This document shows, piece after piece, positions 55,245 to 63,875 of a stretch of 64,000 nucleotides of DNA. The translations under genes were made by a program, and so were the position numbers. Below the pieces are notes generated by a model, which was not told the DNA's origin, did no database searches, and saw only the letters and a list, made by a program, of their open reading frames with translations. Position 1 is the first letter of the stretch. Each line of letters begins with the position of its first letter. This DNA is from Gemmatimonadales bacterium (GTDB lineage: Bacteria > Gemmatimonadota > Gemmatimonadetes > Gemmatimonadales > GWC2-71-9). The stretch spans positions 75,241-139,240 of the forward strand of contig JBAOHR010000009.1 of the NCBI GenBank assembly GCA_037045245.1. The letters are read 5' to 3'.

Positions 55245-55361
55245 GGTGAACGGTGAACGGGGAACGGGTGCGAAAGCGGTGAGACGTGAGACGTGAGACG
55301 TGCCCACCCCTGACCTCCGTTTCACGCCTTACGTTTCACCGCATACCGTTCACCGTTCACC
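55245..55361. repeat. Nested heptad-periodic palindrome (GGTGAAC outer arms, GTGAGAC/GTTTCAC inner arms) between convergent genes
   Basis: The outer arms, GGTGAACGGTGAACGG (55245-55260) / CCGTTCACCGTTCACC (55346-55361), form a perfect 16-bp pairing. The inner arms are GTGAGAC x3 (55279-55299) and GTTTCAC GCCTTAC GTTTCAC (55319-55339), complementary only with G-U pairs in the plus-strand RNA. The element starts 6 nt after the kinase-4 stop and ends 12 nt before the phytase-like stop (55373-55375). Confidence 0.85.
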
Positions 55362-55372
55362 CTTCCCCGCCC

Positions 55373-56564
55373 CTACTTCACCGTGCAGTCACTCCGCACC
55401 CCGGTCGCCTTCGCGATCGCCTCCCACGAGATCGCCGCGACGCCACCATCATCATGCACCGCGAAGAGGGCGCCCGGCCGGGAAGCCCGGGAGGGCGCGC
55501 TGCGTCAGCGCGATGCCGTCGGTGTTCTTGATGGTCGGTGACCCGAAGGCGCCGACGTGCGCCAGCGTCTTCCGATCGAAGAGGTGATAGGTGTTGATGA
55601 CCTTCCCCTGATCGGTGGCGACCCAGTAGCCGGCGCTGTCGCCGCAGGCATAGAGGACGATCCCTTCCGCCTGGTTGGGGAAGAAGCGCCGCGGCACCGT
55701 GTCGCCGGTGAAGCGGCCGGCGAGGGTGTAGCGCTTCAGCTGTGACGCCCCTTCCAGCTCCTCCGCGATCAGCAGCTGGTCGTTGGCCGGGTCGGCCATG
55801 ATCGACTCGACCACGCGCAGCACCCCCGGCGCCGTGACGTATCCCCGAAGGTGCGCAGCAAGCGTTGCCGTGGCGCGCCCGCGCTCCACGACGACCTGAT
55901 ACTCCCGCACCCGCCGCCCGAGCGCACTGTCGGGTGGCACCGAGTCCTTCACCAGCTCATAGCTGTCGGTGATCCAGCTCCGGTAGCGCCCGGCCCCCTG
56001 GTCGGCGATGGTGACGCCGTACGGCTTCATCAGGTCGCGCTCGCCGTAAGCTGCCGAGCGGCGTGAACTCCGGACAGCTGCAGTACCTGCACGCGCCGAC
56101 CGTCGCGCTCGACGACCCACAAGCAGATCGCCCGCGCACCGCGAGGCCATTCGGCCGCTCGAACTGCCCCGGCCCGCGTCCCGTGCCGTCCCGACGTCCC
56201 GCAGCCACTTGCCGGTGGCGGCCTCGTGCACGCGAATCAGGTTGCCCGCCTTGGCCGAGACGAGCAGCCACGCTTCACCATTCGGTCCGTGCCAGATCGC
56301 CGGCGAATCGATGTCCATCAACGTGTCGCGGACCGTCTGCCACGCCTCGCTGCACCTGCTGCCGCGACTCGGCAGCGCTGTCCGTTGTGGTCCGCGGCAG
56401 GCGGCGGCGTTGGCGGGACGGCCGCAGGCCGAGACGAGCAGGAGGAGCACCAGCAGGAGTCGACACGCAACGACGAAGGGGCCACGACGCGACCTCGCAC
56501 GGAAAGGAAGGAAGAGCGGATCGGCGACGAATCTTCGCGGTCCCGATGTCACGAACGGCTTCAC
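55373..56564 (-). pseudogene. Beta-propeller phytase-like (3-phytase / BPP domain) lipoprotein; several frame breaks as written
   Basis: ORF 55452..56564 has a lipobox (LLLVLLLLVSACG) and DIDSPAIWHGPNGEAWLLVSAKAGNLIRVHEAATGKWLRDVG, the classic BPP DDPAIW...GL.VYDL pattern. A middle segment, GPGQFERPNGLAV...PEFTPLGS, lies in ORF 55957..56271. The sequence then continues ERDLMKPYGVTIADQGAGRYRSWITDSYE...NQAEGIVLYACGDSAGYWVATDQ...TDGIALTQ. My own translation places the true C-terminus, GALFAVHDDGGVAAISWEAIAKATGVRSDCTVK, in a third frame ending at TAG 55375-55373. Confidence 0.65.
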
Positions 56565-56691
56565 AGGATCAGCCGATGGTCGTGACCGGAATGGGACAGG
56601 TGCCGCACCGCAACCCGTGACAGCCGCGGAGAGAACATCTGCGCGGTCGTATTCCGCACACCATGACCACCTTCGCCTCAGGATCCGTCAC

Positions 56692-59485
56692 ATGCCGCTT
56701 GCCGGTCTGTCCCGCGCCCTCCGCTGGGCCGCGCTGCTCACTGCTTCCTCCCCGCGGCCGCGCATGGCGCAGGGCGCCGTCGCGGGCACCGTCGTCGACG
56801 ACGCGTCCGGCATCGCGCTGACCGGCGTGGTGGTCCGCGTCGAGGGCAGCCACGCGCGAGGTGCTGACAGACCGCACCGGCCGATTCCTCCTCACCGGCC
56901 TCCCGACCGGCCGCCAGGAAATCGTCACGCGCTACATCGGCTATGCCGTGGCGCGCGCCACGGTCGTGGTCGAGAGCGGGCGCACTGCCACCACCATCTT
57001 CCGCCTGCGGTCGGTCACGACCGACCTCGGCACCCTCGTGGTCACCGCCACGCGGAGCGGCCAGGCCTCGGCGCTCAACCAGCAGCAGAACGCCGCCAAC
57101 GTGACCAACGTCGTCGCCGCCGACCAGATCGGTCGCTTCCCGGACGCCAACATCGGCGACGCGCTGAAGCGCATCCCGGGCATCACCGTTGCGATCGACC
57201 AGGGCGAGGCCCGCTTCGGCTCGATCCGCGGCACCGAGCCGCGCTTCAATTCGGTGATGGTCAACGGCGAGCGCGTGCCCTCGGCCGAGGCGGAGGTGCG
57301 CCAGGTGCAGCTCGACCTGATTCCGGCGGACATGGTGCAGGCGGTCGAGGTGAACAAGTCGCTCACGCCGGAGATGGATGCCGACGCGATCGGTGGGGCC
57401 GTCAACATCGTGACGCGGGCCGCTCCCGCCGGCTTCCGCCTCTCGACCACGCTCGGCTCCGGCTACAACTGGATCCGCAACGAGCCGGTCCTGCTCGGCT
57501 CCGCCATCATCGGCACGCGCTTCCTCAACGACCGCCTCGGCGTCATCGCGAGCGGCTCGTACTACGACCAGCAATACGGCTCCGACAACAAGGAAGGGGT
57601 CTGGGACAAGAGCGGCACCGGCGCGGTGTACATGACCCAGTTCGACGTCCGCCGCTATGACATCCAGCGGATCCGCAAGTCGGTCTCCGGCTCGGTGGAC
57701 TACCGGTTCGACGCAGGCAACACGGTGATGTTCCGCGCGATCTACAACAACCGCAACGACTGGGAGAACCGCTTCCGCGCCCGCTACGCCTTTGGCGCAC
57801 CGAACGCGAGCGGCGTCCAGAACACCGAGATCCGCCGGCAGACGAAGGGCGGCGGCCCGGCCGACCGCCTCAAGGATGCGCGGCTGGAGGATCAGCGCAC
57901 CCAGAGCTACCAGCTCTCGGGCGAGCACCTCTTCGGCCGCCGGGGCCAGCTCAGCTGGTCGGCGTCGACGGCGAAGGCCTCCGAGAGCCGCCCGGATGAG
58001 CGCTACATCGACTGGCGCGTGCGGAACATCGCCTACACGGCCGACTATTCGGACGAACAGACGCCCCAGTTCGCGCCCGTCAATCCCGCGCTGGTGACCC
58101 CGGACCGCTACACCTTCCGGCGGATCGAGCAGTTGGAGAGCTTCACCGAGGATCGCGACCGCAACGGGCGCCTGGACCTCCGGCTGCCGCTGGTGGATGG
58201 CGATCGGGGCACCACGCTGAAGGTGGGCGCGCGGTACCGCGACAAGGAGAACCTCCGCGACAACAGCTACAATTTTGCGGCACCCGTCACGGGGAGCGCC
58301 TTTGCCAACCTGACGCTCAAGGGCAATGCCGACTTCACGACCGATCGGAACTACGCCGGCAACTATCAGTACGGTGTCTTCACGACGCCGGCCCAGCTGG
58401 CCGCGCTTGACCTCTTCAACGCCTCGCAGTTCACGCTGACCGACCAGCCGGCGGAGTACGCGGCAGGCAACTTCACCGCCACCGAGACCATCACCGCCGG
58501 CTACGCCCAGGTCGAGCAGCGCCTCGGCGCGGCGGTGTCGCTGATCGGCGGGGCCCGCGTGGAACGGACCAAGGTGGACTACCGCGGCTTCGAGTTCAAC
58601 GTGGACGACGAGACGGTCTCGCCCACCAGCGGCGGCCAGTCCTACACCGATGTGCTCCCCAGCGTGAACCTGCGCTGGCAGGCCGCGCCGAGCACCGTCG
58701 TCCGTGCCGCCTGGACGAACTCGCTGGCTCGGCCGAACTACTATGACCTCGTCCCGTACCGCTCCGTCTCGCTCGACGACGACGAGCTCTCGACCGGCAA
58801 CCCCGACCTCAAGCCGACCCGGGCGATGAACCTCGACCTGACCGCGGAGCGCTACTTCGCCTCCGTCGGCCTCCTGTCCGGCGGGATCTTCCACAAGCAG
58901 ATCGACGACTTCATCTACAACTTCACCGCGTTCAATGAAGTGGACGCGGTCACCGGGCGGACCTTCGCCCAGATCTCCCGGCCCCGGAACGGCGCCAAGG
59001 CGCGCCTCACCGGCGCCGAAGTCGCCGTGCAGCGCCAGCTGGACTTCCTTCCCGGCATGCTGAAGGGGCTGGGGATCTACCTCAACTACACCTACACCGA
59101 TTCGAAGGTGGAGGGGCTCGACATCGCCGGCCGGGAGAACGAGAAGCTGCCGCTCCTCGGCACCGCGAAGCACAGCGCGAACGCCTCCCTCTCCTACGAC
59201 GGCAGCCGGCTCTCCTTCCGCGTGGCGCTCAACTACCAGAGCGAATCGCTCGACGCCGGCGAGGGCGGGTACAATGAGGATGCCTTCTTCGACCGCTGGG
59301 CGGACCGGCGGACCGACATCGATGCCAACGCCTCGTTCGCGCTGACCCCGAAGGCGCGGTTCTTCGTCGAGGCGAACAACCTCAACAACCGCCCGCTCCG
59401 CTACTACCAGGGCACCCGCGGCCGCCTGGCCCAGGACGAGTTCTACGGCCGGCGCGTGCAGACGGGGTTGAAGATCGACTTCTAG
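56692..59485 (+). pseudogene. TonB-dependent receptor with N-terminal carboxypeptidase-regulatory-like domain; one frame break as written
   Basis: The signal peptide and start of the CarbopepD_reg domain lie in the frame of ORF 56209 (MPLAGLSRALRWAALL...GAVAGTVVDDASGIALTGVVVRVEGSHA). The rest lies in ORF 56861..59485 (VLTDRTGRFLLTGLPTGRQEIVTRYIGYA...TonB box/plug LGTLVVTATRSG...FPDANIGDALKRIPGITV...GSIRGTEPRFNSVMVNGERVPSAE...). The barrel ends RRVQTGLKIDF with the terminal Phe. The break is near 56855. Confidence 0.88.
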
Positions 59486-59494
59486 CGGCAAGGC

Positions 59495-59558
59495 GGTGAA
59501 ACGTGAAAGGTGAAACGGGCGCCCAGGGCTGGGCACGTTTCACCTTTCACGCTTCACG
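59495..59558. repeat. Heptad-periodic palindrome, GTGAAAC/GTGAAAG type, copy 1 (after the TonB-dependent receptor)
   Basis: GGTGAAACGTGAAAGGTGAAACG (59495-59517) pairs with CGTTTCACCTTTCACGCTTCACG (59536-59558) at 21 of 23 positions. The 18-nt spacer itself folds (GCCCAG gg CTGGGC, 59521-59534). Confidence 0.9.
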
Positions 59559-59563
59559 CCGTA

Positions 59564-59591
59564 CACAGGCCACAGGTCACTGGTCACTGGT
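59564..59591. repeat. Unpaired tandem heptads CACAGGC CACAGGT CACTGGT CACTGGT
   Basis: Four consecutive 7-nt units lie directly after copy 1 of the palindrome. I found no inverted partner within 200 nt. The minus strand reads ACCAGTG ACCAGTG ACCTGTG GCCTGTG, with TGA spanning the unit boundaries in the first two. Confidence 0.8.
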
Positions 59592-59685
59592 CGCCGCGCC
59601 CCGACGGCCGCGGCTGACGGCATCCCATTGCCCTCCCCCGGCCCCGCCCCTAACTTGCTTGCTGACAAGTAAGCGAGGTCCGCCG

Positions 59686-60363
59686 ATGTCGCGCCCCCCT
59701 GCCACCCCCCTCCCCCCGCGCCTCCGCGACGCCGAGCGGAGCCGCGCCGCGATCCTCGAGGCCGGCGCCGAGCTCTTTGCGGAGCAGGGCTACGAGGCCA
59801 CCTCGCTCGCCGCCGTCGGCGTGCGCGCGGGCCTCTCGCGCGGGACGCCGGGCTACTTCTTCGGCTCCAAGGCCGAGCTCTACCACGCCGTGCTGGAGCA
59901 CGCCTTTGCCGATGCCCTCGAGGCGATCCGCGCCGGGCGCCTCCGGGCGATGCGGAGCGCGCGCCCGCCGGCCGAGGTGCTGGCCGGCGTCGTCTCCGAC
60001 TACGTGGACTTCGTGGCGGCCCACCCGAACTTTCTCCGCCTGATCCAGCGCGAGGCGCTCGGGGAGGGGGCTGGCCTCGACCCGCGTTCGCTCCGGCAGG
60101 CGGTGGGGAGCGAGGCGGTCACCGCCCTGGCGCAGGAACTCGGCTTTCCGCCGCGCGCGCGGACGCAGGTGATGCACCTGCTGCTGTCGATGCTCGCCCT
60201 GACCTGGTTCCCCGCCCTGCACGACACGACCCTCGTGCCGGCGATCGGCTTCGATCGACCCTCCCCGGCGTTCCTCGCCGCCCGCAAGCGGCACATCACC
60301 ACCCTGCTCCTCGGCGCCCTGCCCTCGCGGCGCGCCACCCCGTCCAAGCGGAGTGCCCGATGA
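59686..60363 (+). CDS. TetR/AcrR-family transcriptional regulator
   Basis: ORF 59503..60363, with the start at ATG 59686. RSRAAILEAGAELFAEQGYEATSLAAVGVRAGLSRGTPGYFFGSKAELYHAVLE is the TetR HTH. The stop overlaps the start of the acyl-CoA dehydrogenase (ATGA). Confidence 0.9.
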   Translation: MSRPPATPLPPRLRDAERSRAAILEAGAELFAEQGYEATSLAAVGVRAGLSRGTPGYFFGSKAELYHAVLEHAFADALEAIRAGRLRAMRSARPPAEVLAGVVSDYVDFVAAHPNFLRLIQREALGEGAGLDPRSLRQAVGSEAVTALAQELGFPPRARTQVMHLLLSMLALTWFPALHDTTLVPAIGFDRPSPAFLAARKRHITTLLLGALPSRRATPSKRSAR

Positions 60364-62198
60364 CCGACCTGCTCACGCCCCCAGCCGCCCCTGCCGCCCC
60401 GTCGGTCGACGAGGCACGTGCCGTCGCCGAAGCGGCCCGCGAAGCGGAGTGGACCGCACCGTCCTTCCTGCGCGAGCTCTTTGCCGGCCGGCTCCCGATC
60501 GGACTGGTGCATCCCTTTCCCGCCCCCGACCCGGCGATGGTCGCCAAGGCCGCTCCGTTCCTGACCGAACTCGAGCGGTTCCTCCGCGAGGAAGTCGACA
60601 GCGATGCGATCGATCGGGCCGGCAAGGTCCCGGCCGACGTGATCCAGTCGCTCCGCGAGATGGGGGCCTTCGGCATCAAGATCGACGAGCAGTACGGCGG
60701 CCTCGGCCTCTCGCAGTTGATGTACACCAAGGCGATCGGCATGGTGACGTCCCAGGACGGCTCGCTGACCGCCCTCCTCTCGGCGTCGCAGTCGATCGGC
60801 GTTGCCGTGCCGCTCAAGCTCTTCGGCACCCCGGAGCAGAAGCAGCGCTACCTGCCCCGTCTGGCGCAGGGCGCGATCTCGGCGTTCGCGCTGACCGAGA
60901 CCGGCGTCGGCTCCGACCCGGCCGGCCTCACCACGACCGCCGAGCCGAGCGACGACGGGACGCACTGGATCCTCAACGGCGAGAAGCTCTGGTGCACCAA
61001 CGGCCCGGTCGCCGAGGTGATGGTGGTGATGGCGAAGACCGGCAAGCGGATCACCGCGTTCATCGTCGAGGCCGACATGCCCGGCGTCGAGGTGGTGCAC
61101 CGTCTCGGCTTCATGGGACTCAAGGCGATCGAGAACGGCGTGATGCGCTTCACCAACGTGAAGGTGCCCGCCGAGAACGTCATCTGGGGCGAGGGGAAGG
61201 GCCTGAAGCTGGCGCTGATCACCCTCAACACCGGGCGGCTCACGCTGCCGGCCTCGGGGGTCGCGGGCGCCAAGCGTGCACTCCAGATCGCCAGGAAGTG
61301 GGCCGCGACGCGCACGCAGTGGGGCAAGCCGATCGGCAAGCACGACGCGGTGGCGCAGATGATCGGCAGGATGACCGCCGACACCTTCGCGATGGAGGCG
61401 GTCGCGGAACTCGCCTCGCTGCTCGCCGATCGCGGCGACACCGACATCCGCCTCGAGGCGGCGATCGCCAAGCTGTGGAACTCGGAAATCAGCGGCCGGA
61501 TCGTCGACGACTGCCTGCAGATCAAGGGAGGACGCGGCTACGAGACCGCCGATTCGCTCCGGATGCGCGGCGAGGTCCCGGACCCGGTCGAGCGGATGTA
61601 CCGCGACTCGCGCATCAACCGGATCTTCGAGGGATCCAGCGAGATCATGCGACTGTTCATCGCGCGCGAGGCGGTTGACGCGCACCTCAAGGTCGCCGGC
61701 GACCTCATCGACCCGCGCACGCCGCTCGGCACCAAGTTCTCCGCCCTGCTCCGCTCGGCCGTCTTCTATGCCGGCTGGTATCCGCGACTCTGGATCGGCA
61801 CCGAGTGGCTGCGCTTCGGCGGCTTCGGGAAACTGGCAGGCCACCTGCGCTTCGTCGGCCGACGTTCCCGCAAGCTGGCGCGCACGTTGTTCCACGCGAT
61901 GGTGCGTTTCGGCCCGAAGCTCGAGCAGCGGCAGGCGGTGCTCTTCCGCCTGGTCGACGTCGGCGCCGAACTGTTCGCGATGACGGCGGCGATCAGCCGG
62001 GCCGAGACGATGGCGCGTGACGGCAACCGGGATGCGATCGCGGTGGCCGACGTCTTCTGCCGCCATGCGCGGCAACGCGTGGACCACCTCTTCCGGCAGG
62101 CCTTCGGACCGGACGATGTGGCGACGTACCAGTTGGCACAGCGGGTCGTGAAGGAAGAGATGACGTGGCTGGAGGAGGGAATTGTTCGTGGAGCGTGA
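60360..62198 (+). CDS. Long-form acyl-CoA dehydrogenase (ACAD core plus C-terminal helical extension, VLCAD/FadE-like)
   Basis: Intact 612-aa ORF: ...GAFGIKIDEQYGGLGLS...AFALTETGVGSDPAGLTTTA...WILNGEKLWCTNGPVAEVMVVMAKT...ENGVMRFTNVKVPAENVIWGEGKGLK...QIKGGRGYET...ERMYRDSRINRIFEGSSEIM, followed by a tail of about 170 aa. Confidence 0.88.
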   Translation: MTDLLTPPAAPAAPSVDEARAVAEAAREAEWTAPSFLRELFAGRLPIGLVHPFPAPDPAMVAKAAPFLTELERFLREEVDSDAIDRAGKVPADVIQSLREMGAFGIKIDEQYGGLGLSQLMYTKAIGMVTSQDGSLTALLSASQSIGVAVPLKLFGTPEQKQRYLPRLAQGAISAFALTETGVGSDPAGLTTTAEPSDDGTHWILNGEKLWCTNGPVAEVMVVMAKTGKRITAFIVEADMPGVEVVHRLGFMGLKAIENGVMRFTNVKVPAENVIWGEGKGLKLALITLNTGRLTLPASGVAGAKRALQIARKWAATRTQWGKPIGKHDAVAQMIGRMTADTFAMEAVAELASLLADRGDTDIRLEAAIAKLWNSEISGRIVDDCLQIKGGRGYETADSLRMRGEVPDPVERMYRDSRINRIFEGSSEIMRLFIAREAVDAHLKVAGDLIDPRTPLGTKFSALLRSAVFYAGWYPRLWIGTEWLRFGGFGKLAGHLRFVGRRSRKLARTLFHAMVRFGPKLEQRQAVLFRLVDVGAELFAMTAAISRAETMARDGNRDAIAVADVFCRHARQRVDHLFRQAFGPDDVATYQLAQRVVKEEMTWLEEGIVRGA

Positions 62199-62250
62199 AC
62201 AGCCATAGTTGACCGGTGAAGCGTGCAGTGCGGTGACGCGAGGGGTAAGA

Positions 62251-62305
62251 GGTGAAAGGTGAAAGGTGAAACGGCGAGGAGACTCGCGTTTCACCTTTCA
62301 TCTTT
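62251..62305. repeat. Heptad-periodic palindrome, GTGAAAG type, copy 2 (after the acyl-CoA dehydrogenase)
   Basis: GGTGAAAGGTGAAAGGTGAAACGGCGAG gaga CTCGCGTTTCACCTTTCATCTTT: a hairpin of about 24 bp (62255-62305) with a GAGA tetraloop, one bulge and one G-U pair. It is preceded by degenerate units (GGTGAAG CGTGCAG ... GGTGACG) from 62215. Confidence 0.9.
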
Positions 62306-62465
62306 GCGCGAAGTACTCACTCACGCCCGCATGTGCCACTTCGCGGGAACTCCGGCGTCATCCCTTCTGTCCGCGCACTGATGCTTCGCGCGGCGCATGC
62401 ATCGATCCGCACCCGATACTAGCCAGACCACTGGCGCATCCTTTCCTGTTACCCCGGAGCACCTC

Positions 62466-63119
62466 ATGAATCGCACTGCACTCTTCACTGCCCTCATGCT
62501 CTCCGCCGCCGTGGCGGCGTGTAGCGATGACCCCACCGGCAACGGCGACCCTGGTCCGATCCTCGTGGTCGGGAGCGACATGGGCGTCAGGTTCCAGAAC
62601 TTCACCCTCAGCCGCGATGGGGCACCGCTGACGAACGCGGTGGTCAAGATCAATGGCACCACCGTGCCGAACAGCGGGACGGGGAGCTACAGCTACGATC
62701 TCGGGACGCCCCTCACCGCCGGACAGGAACTGGTGCTTCGCGTGGAGCACGATGGCGACGTCGTCGAGGGACGGGCCACCATCATCGACGGCCCCACGTT
62801 GACGGCACCGGCGGCGGACCAGCTGATCACCTTCGGGCAGCCGCTGACCGTCACCTGGACCTCCACGGCGCAGCCAGATTTCTGGGTCACCACGCTGACC
62901 TACACCAACGCAGGGGCAGGCAACGGGGTGACCGATTCCCTTCCCCCGGCGGCGCGGACCAGCGTCCTGGCAACGACGACCGTCCCCGCCACGGCGATCA
63001 ACCCCGCAGCCGGCGTCTACAGCTATCTGCGAGGCACGTTCACCGGCCCCGCGGCGGCCGGTTCGACGATGAAGGTGCGCACCGGCTCTGCCACGGTGAA
63101 CTTGGTCAAGGCGCCGTAG
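62466..63119 (+). CDS. Lipoprotein, unknown function
   Basis: ORF 62397..63119, with the start at ATG 62466 (MNRTALFTALMLSAAVAACSD lipobox). The sequence is beta-rich and Thr/Gly-rich. I recognise no domain. Confidence 0.6.
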   Translation: MNRTALFTALMLSAAVAACSDDPTGNGDPGPILVVGSDMGVRFQNFTLSRDGAPLTNAVVKINGTTVPNSGTGSYSYDLGTPLTAGQELVLRVEHDGDVVEGRATIIDGPTLTAPAADQLITFGQPLTVTWTSTAQPDFWVTTLTYTNAGAGNGVTDSLPPAARTSVLATTTVPATAINPAAGVYSYLRGTFTGPAAAGSTMKVRTGSATVNLVKAP

Positions 63120-63128
63120 CGGGAACGA

Positions 63129-63188
63129 CGTGAAACGTGAAAGGTGAAACGGTCCGCAAGAGCGACGTTTCACCTTTCACGTATCACG
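63129..63188. repeat. Heptad-periodic palindrome, GTGAAAC/GTGAAAG type, copy 3 (between convergent lipoprotein and OMP genes)
   Basis: CGTGAAACGTGAAAGGTGAAACG (63129-63151) pairs with CGTTTCACCTTTCACGTATCACG (63166-63188) at 22 of 23 positions, with a 14-nt loop. Its left arm is identical to copy 1 over 22 nt. Confidence 0.9.
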
Positions 63189-63209
63189 GCTCCTTTCCGG
63201 ACAGCCGCG

Positions 63210-63875
63210 TCAACGCCTCACGCCCACCACCACGGTCGGATTCCAATTGCCGACAATCCCACCCGAGTAGTTGTGAATCAGCCGCGTCATGCGTCCCTCG
63301 ACGAACAGCGCCACCGGCCACGAGGTCGGGCGCGCCGTGACCCCCGCCCCGAGGTGACCCTGCAGCGCCGGATCGTTGAAGCTGCCCTCGAAGGTGAAGT
63401 TCTCGAGCCGGTCGCCGTTGTCATCGGTCACCACTTGCTGCTCGTGCTCGCGCACGGTCAGATAGCCGAGGCCGACGAGGGCGTAGGGCCGCACCGGGCC
63501 ACTGCCGGGGGCGAAGCGCAGCGTGGTCCCGAGCGACCAGCCGGTGTCGCGGTTGCGACTGTCGAAGTGGCATGGTCCCGTGCCGCCGCCGGGGAGGAAG
63601 CAGGTCGTACTCGACTGGCGGTGGATCTCGTTCAGCCGCTCCATGCCGCCCTCGAGCGCCAGGGACAGGTGCGCCCGGCTCAGCAGGTCGACACCGACGC
63701 GGACGAACCGTGCCGTGGTCCGACTGGGAGTCGCCGAGACGGCCCTCCATCTTGGTGTAGCCGGCACCGAGGGAGATCCGCTGCGCCGAGAGGGGGAGGG
63801 CCGCCGAGGTCAGGAGCAGGACGAACAACGACCCGCGCGTCAGGGTCGTGCGAATGGCAGTGATGGGTGCAGCCA
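63210..63875 (-). pseudogene. Outer-membrane beta-barrel protein (OmpW/OMP_b-brl-like); one frame break as written
   Basis: The N-terminus lies in ORF 63421..63909 from ATG 63875 (GGAGG upstream): MAAPITAIRTTLTRGSLFVLLLTSAALPLSAQRISLGAGYTKMEGRLGDS. The remainder lies in ORF 63210..63767 (FVRVGVDLLSRAHLSLALEGG...PYALVGLGYL...ALFVEGRMTRL...). It shows alternating beta-strand patterns. The break is near 63715. Confidence 0.6.

Noticed and set aside
1327-56564. The frame breaks might be programmed ribosomal frameshifts or recoding sites.
   Set aside because: There are far too many (about 30). They occur in unrelated gene families, with up to 7 in one gene. I saw no slippery heptamers (X XXY YYZ) or downstream pseudoknots at the junctions I reconstructed. 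Several sit in plain G/C runs.
59653-59670. TetR operator candidate ACTTG-N8-CAAGT upstream of the TetR gene.
   Set aside because: The arms are only 5 bp and do not extend. That is too short to distinguish from chance without comparative data.
55245-63188. The repeat arrays might be CRISPR arrays.
   Set aside because: The units are only 7 nt, directly abutting with no spacers, and occur in 3-4 copies. They are arranged as inverted arms of hairpins. No cas genes are present in the window.
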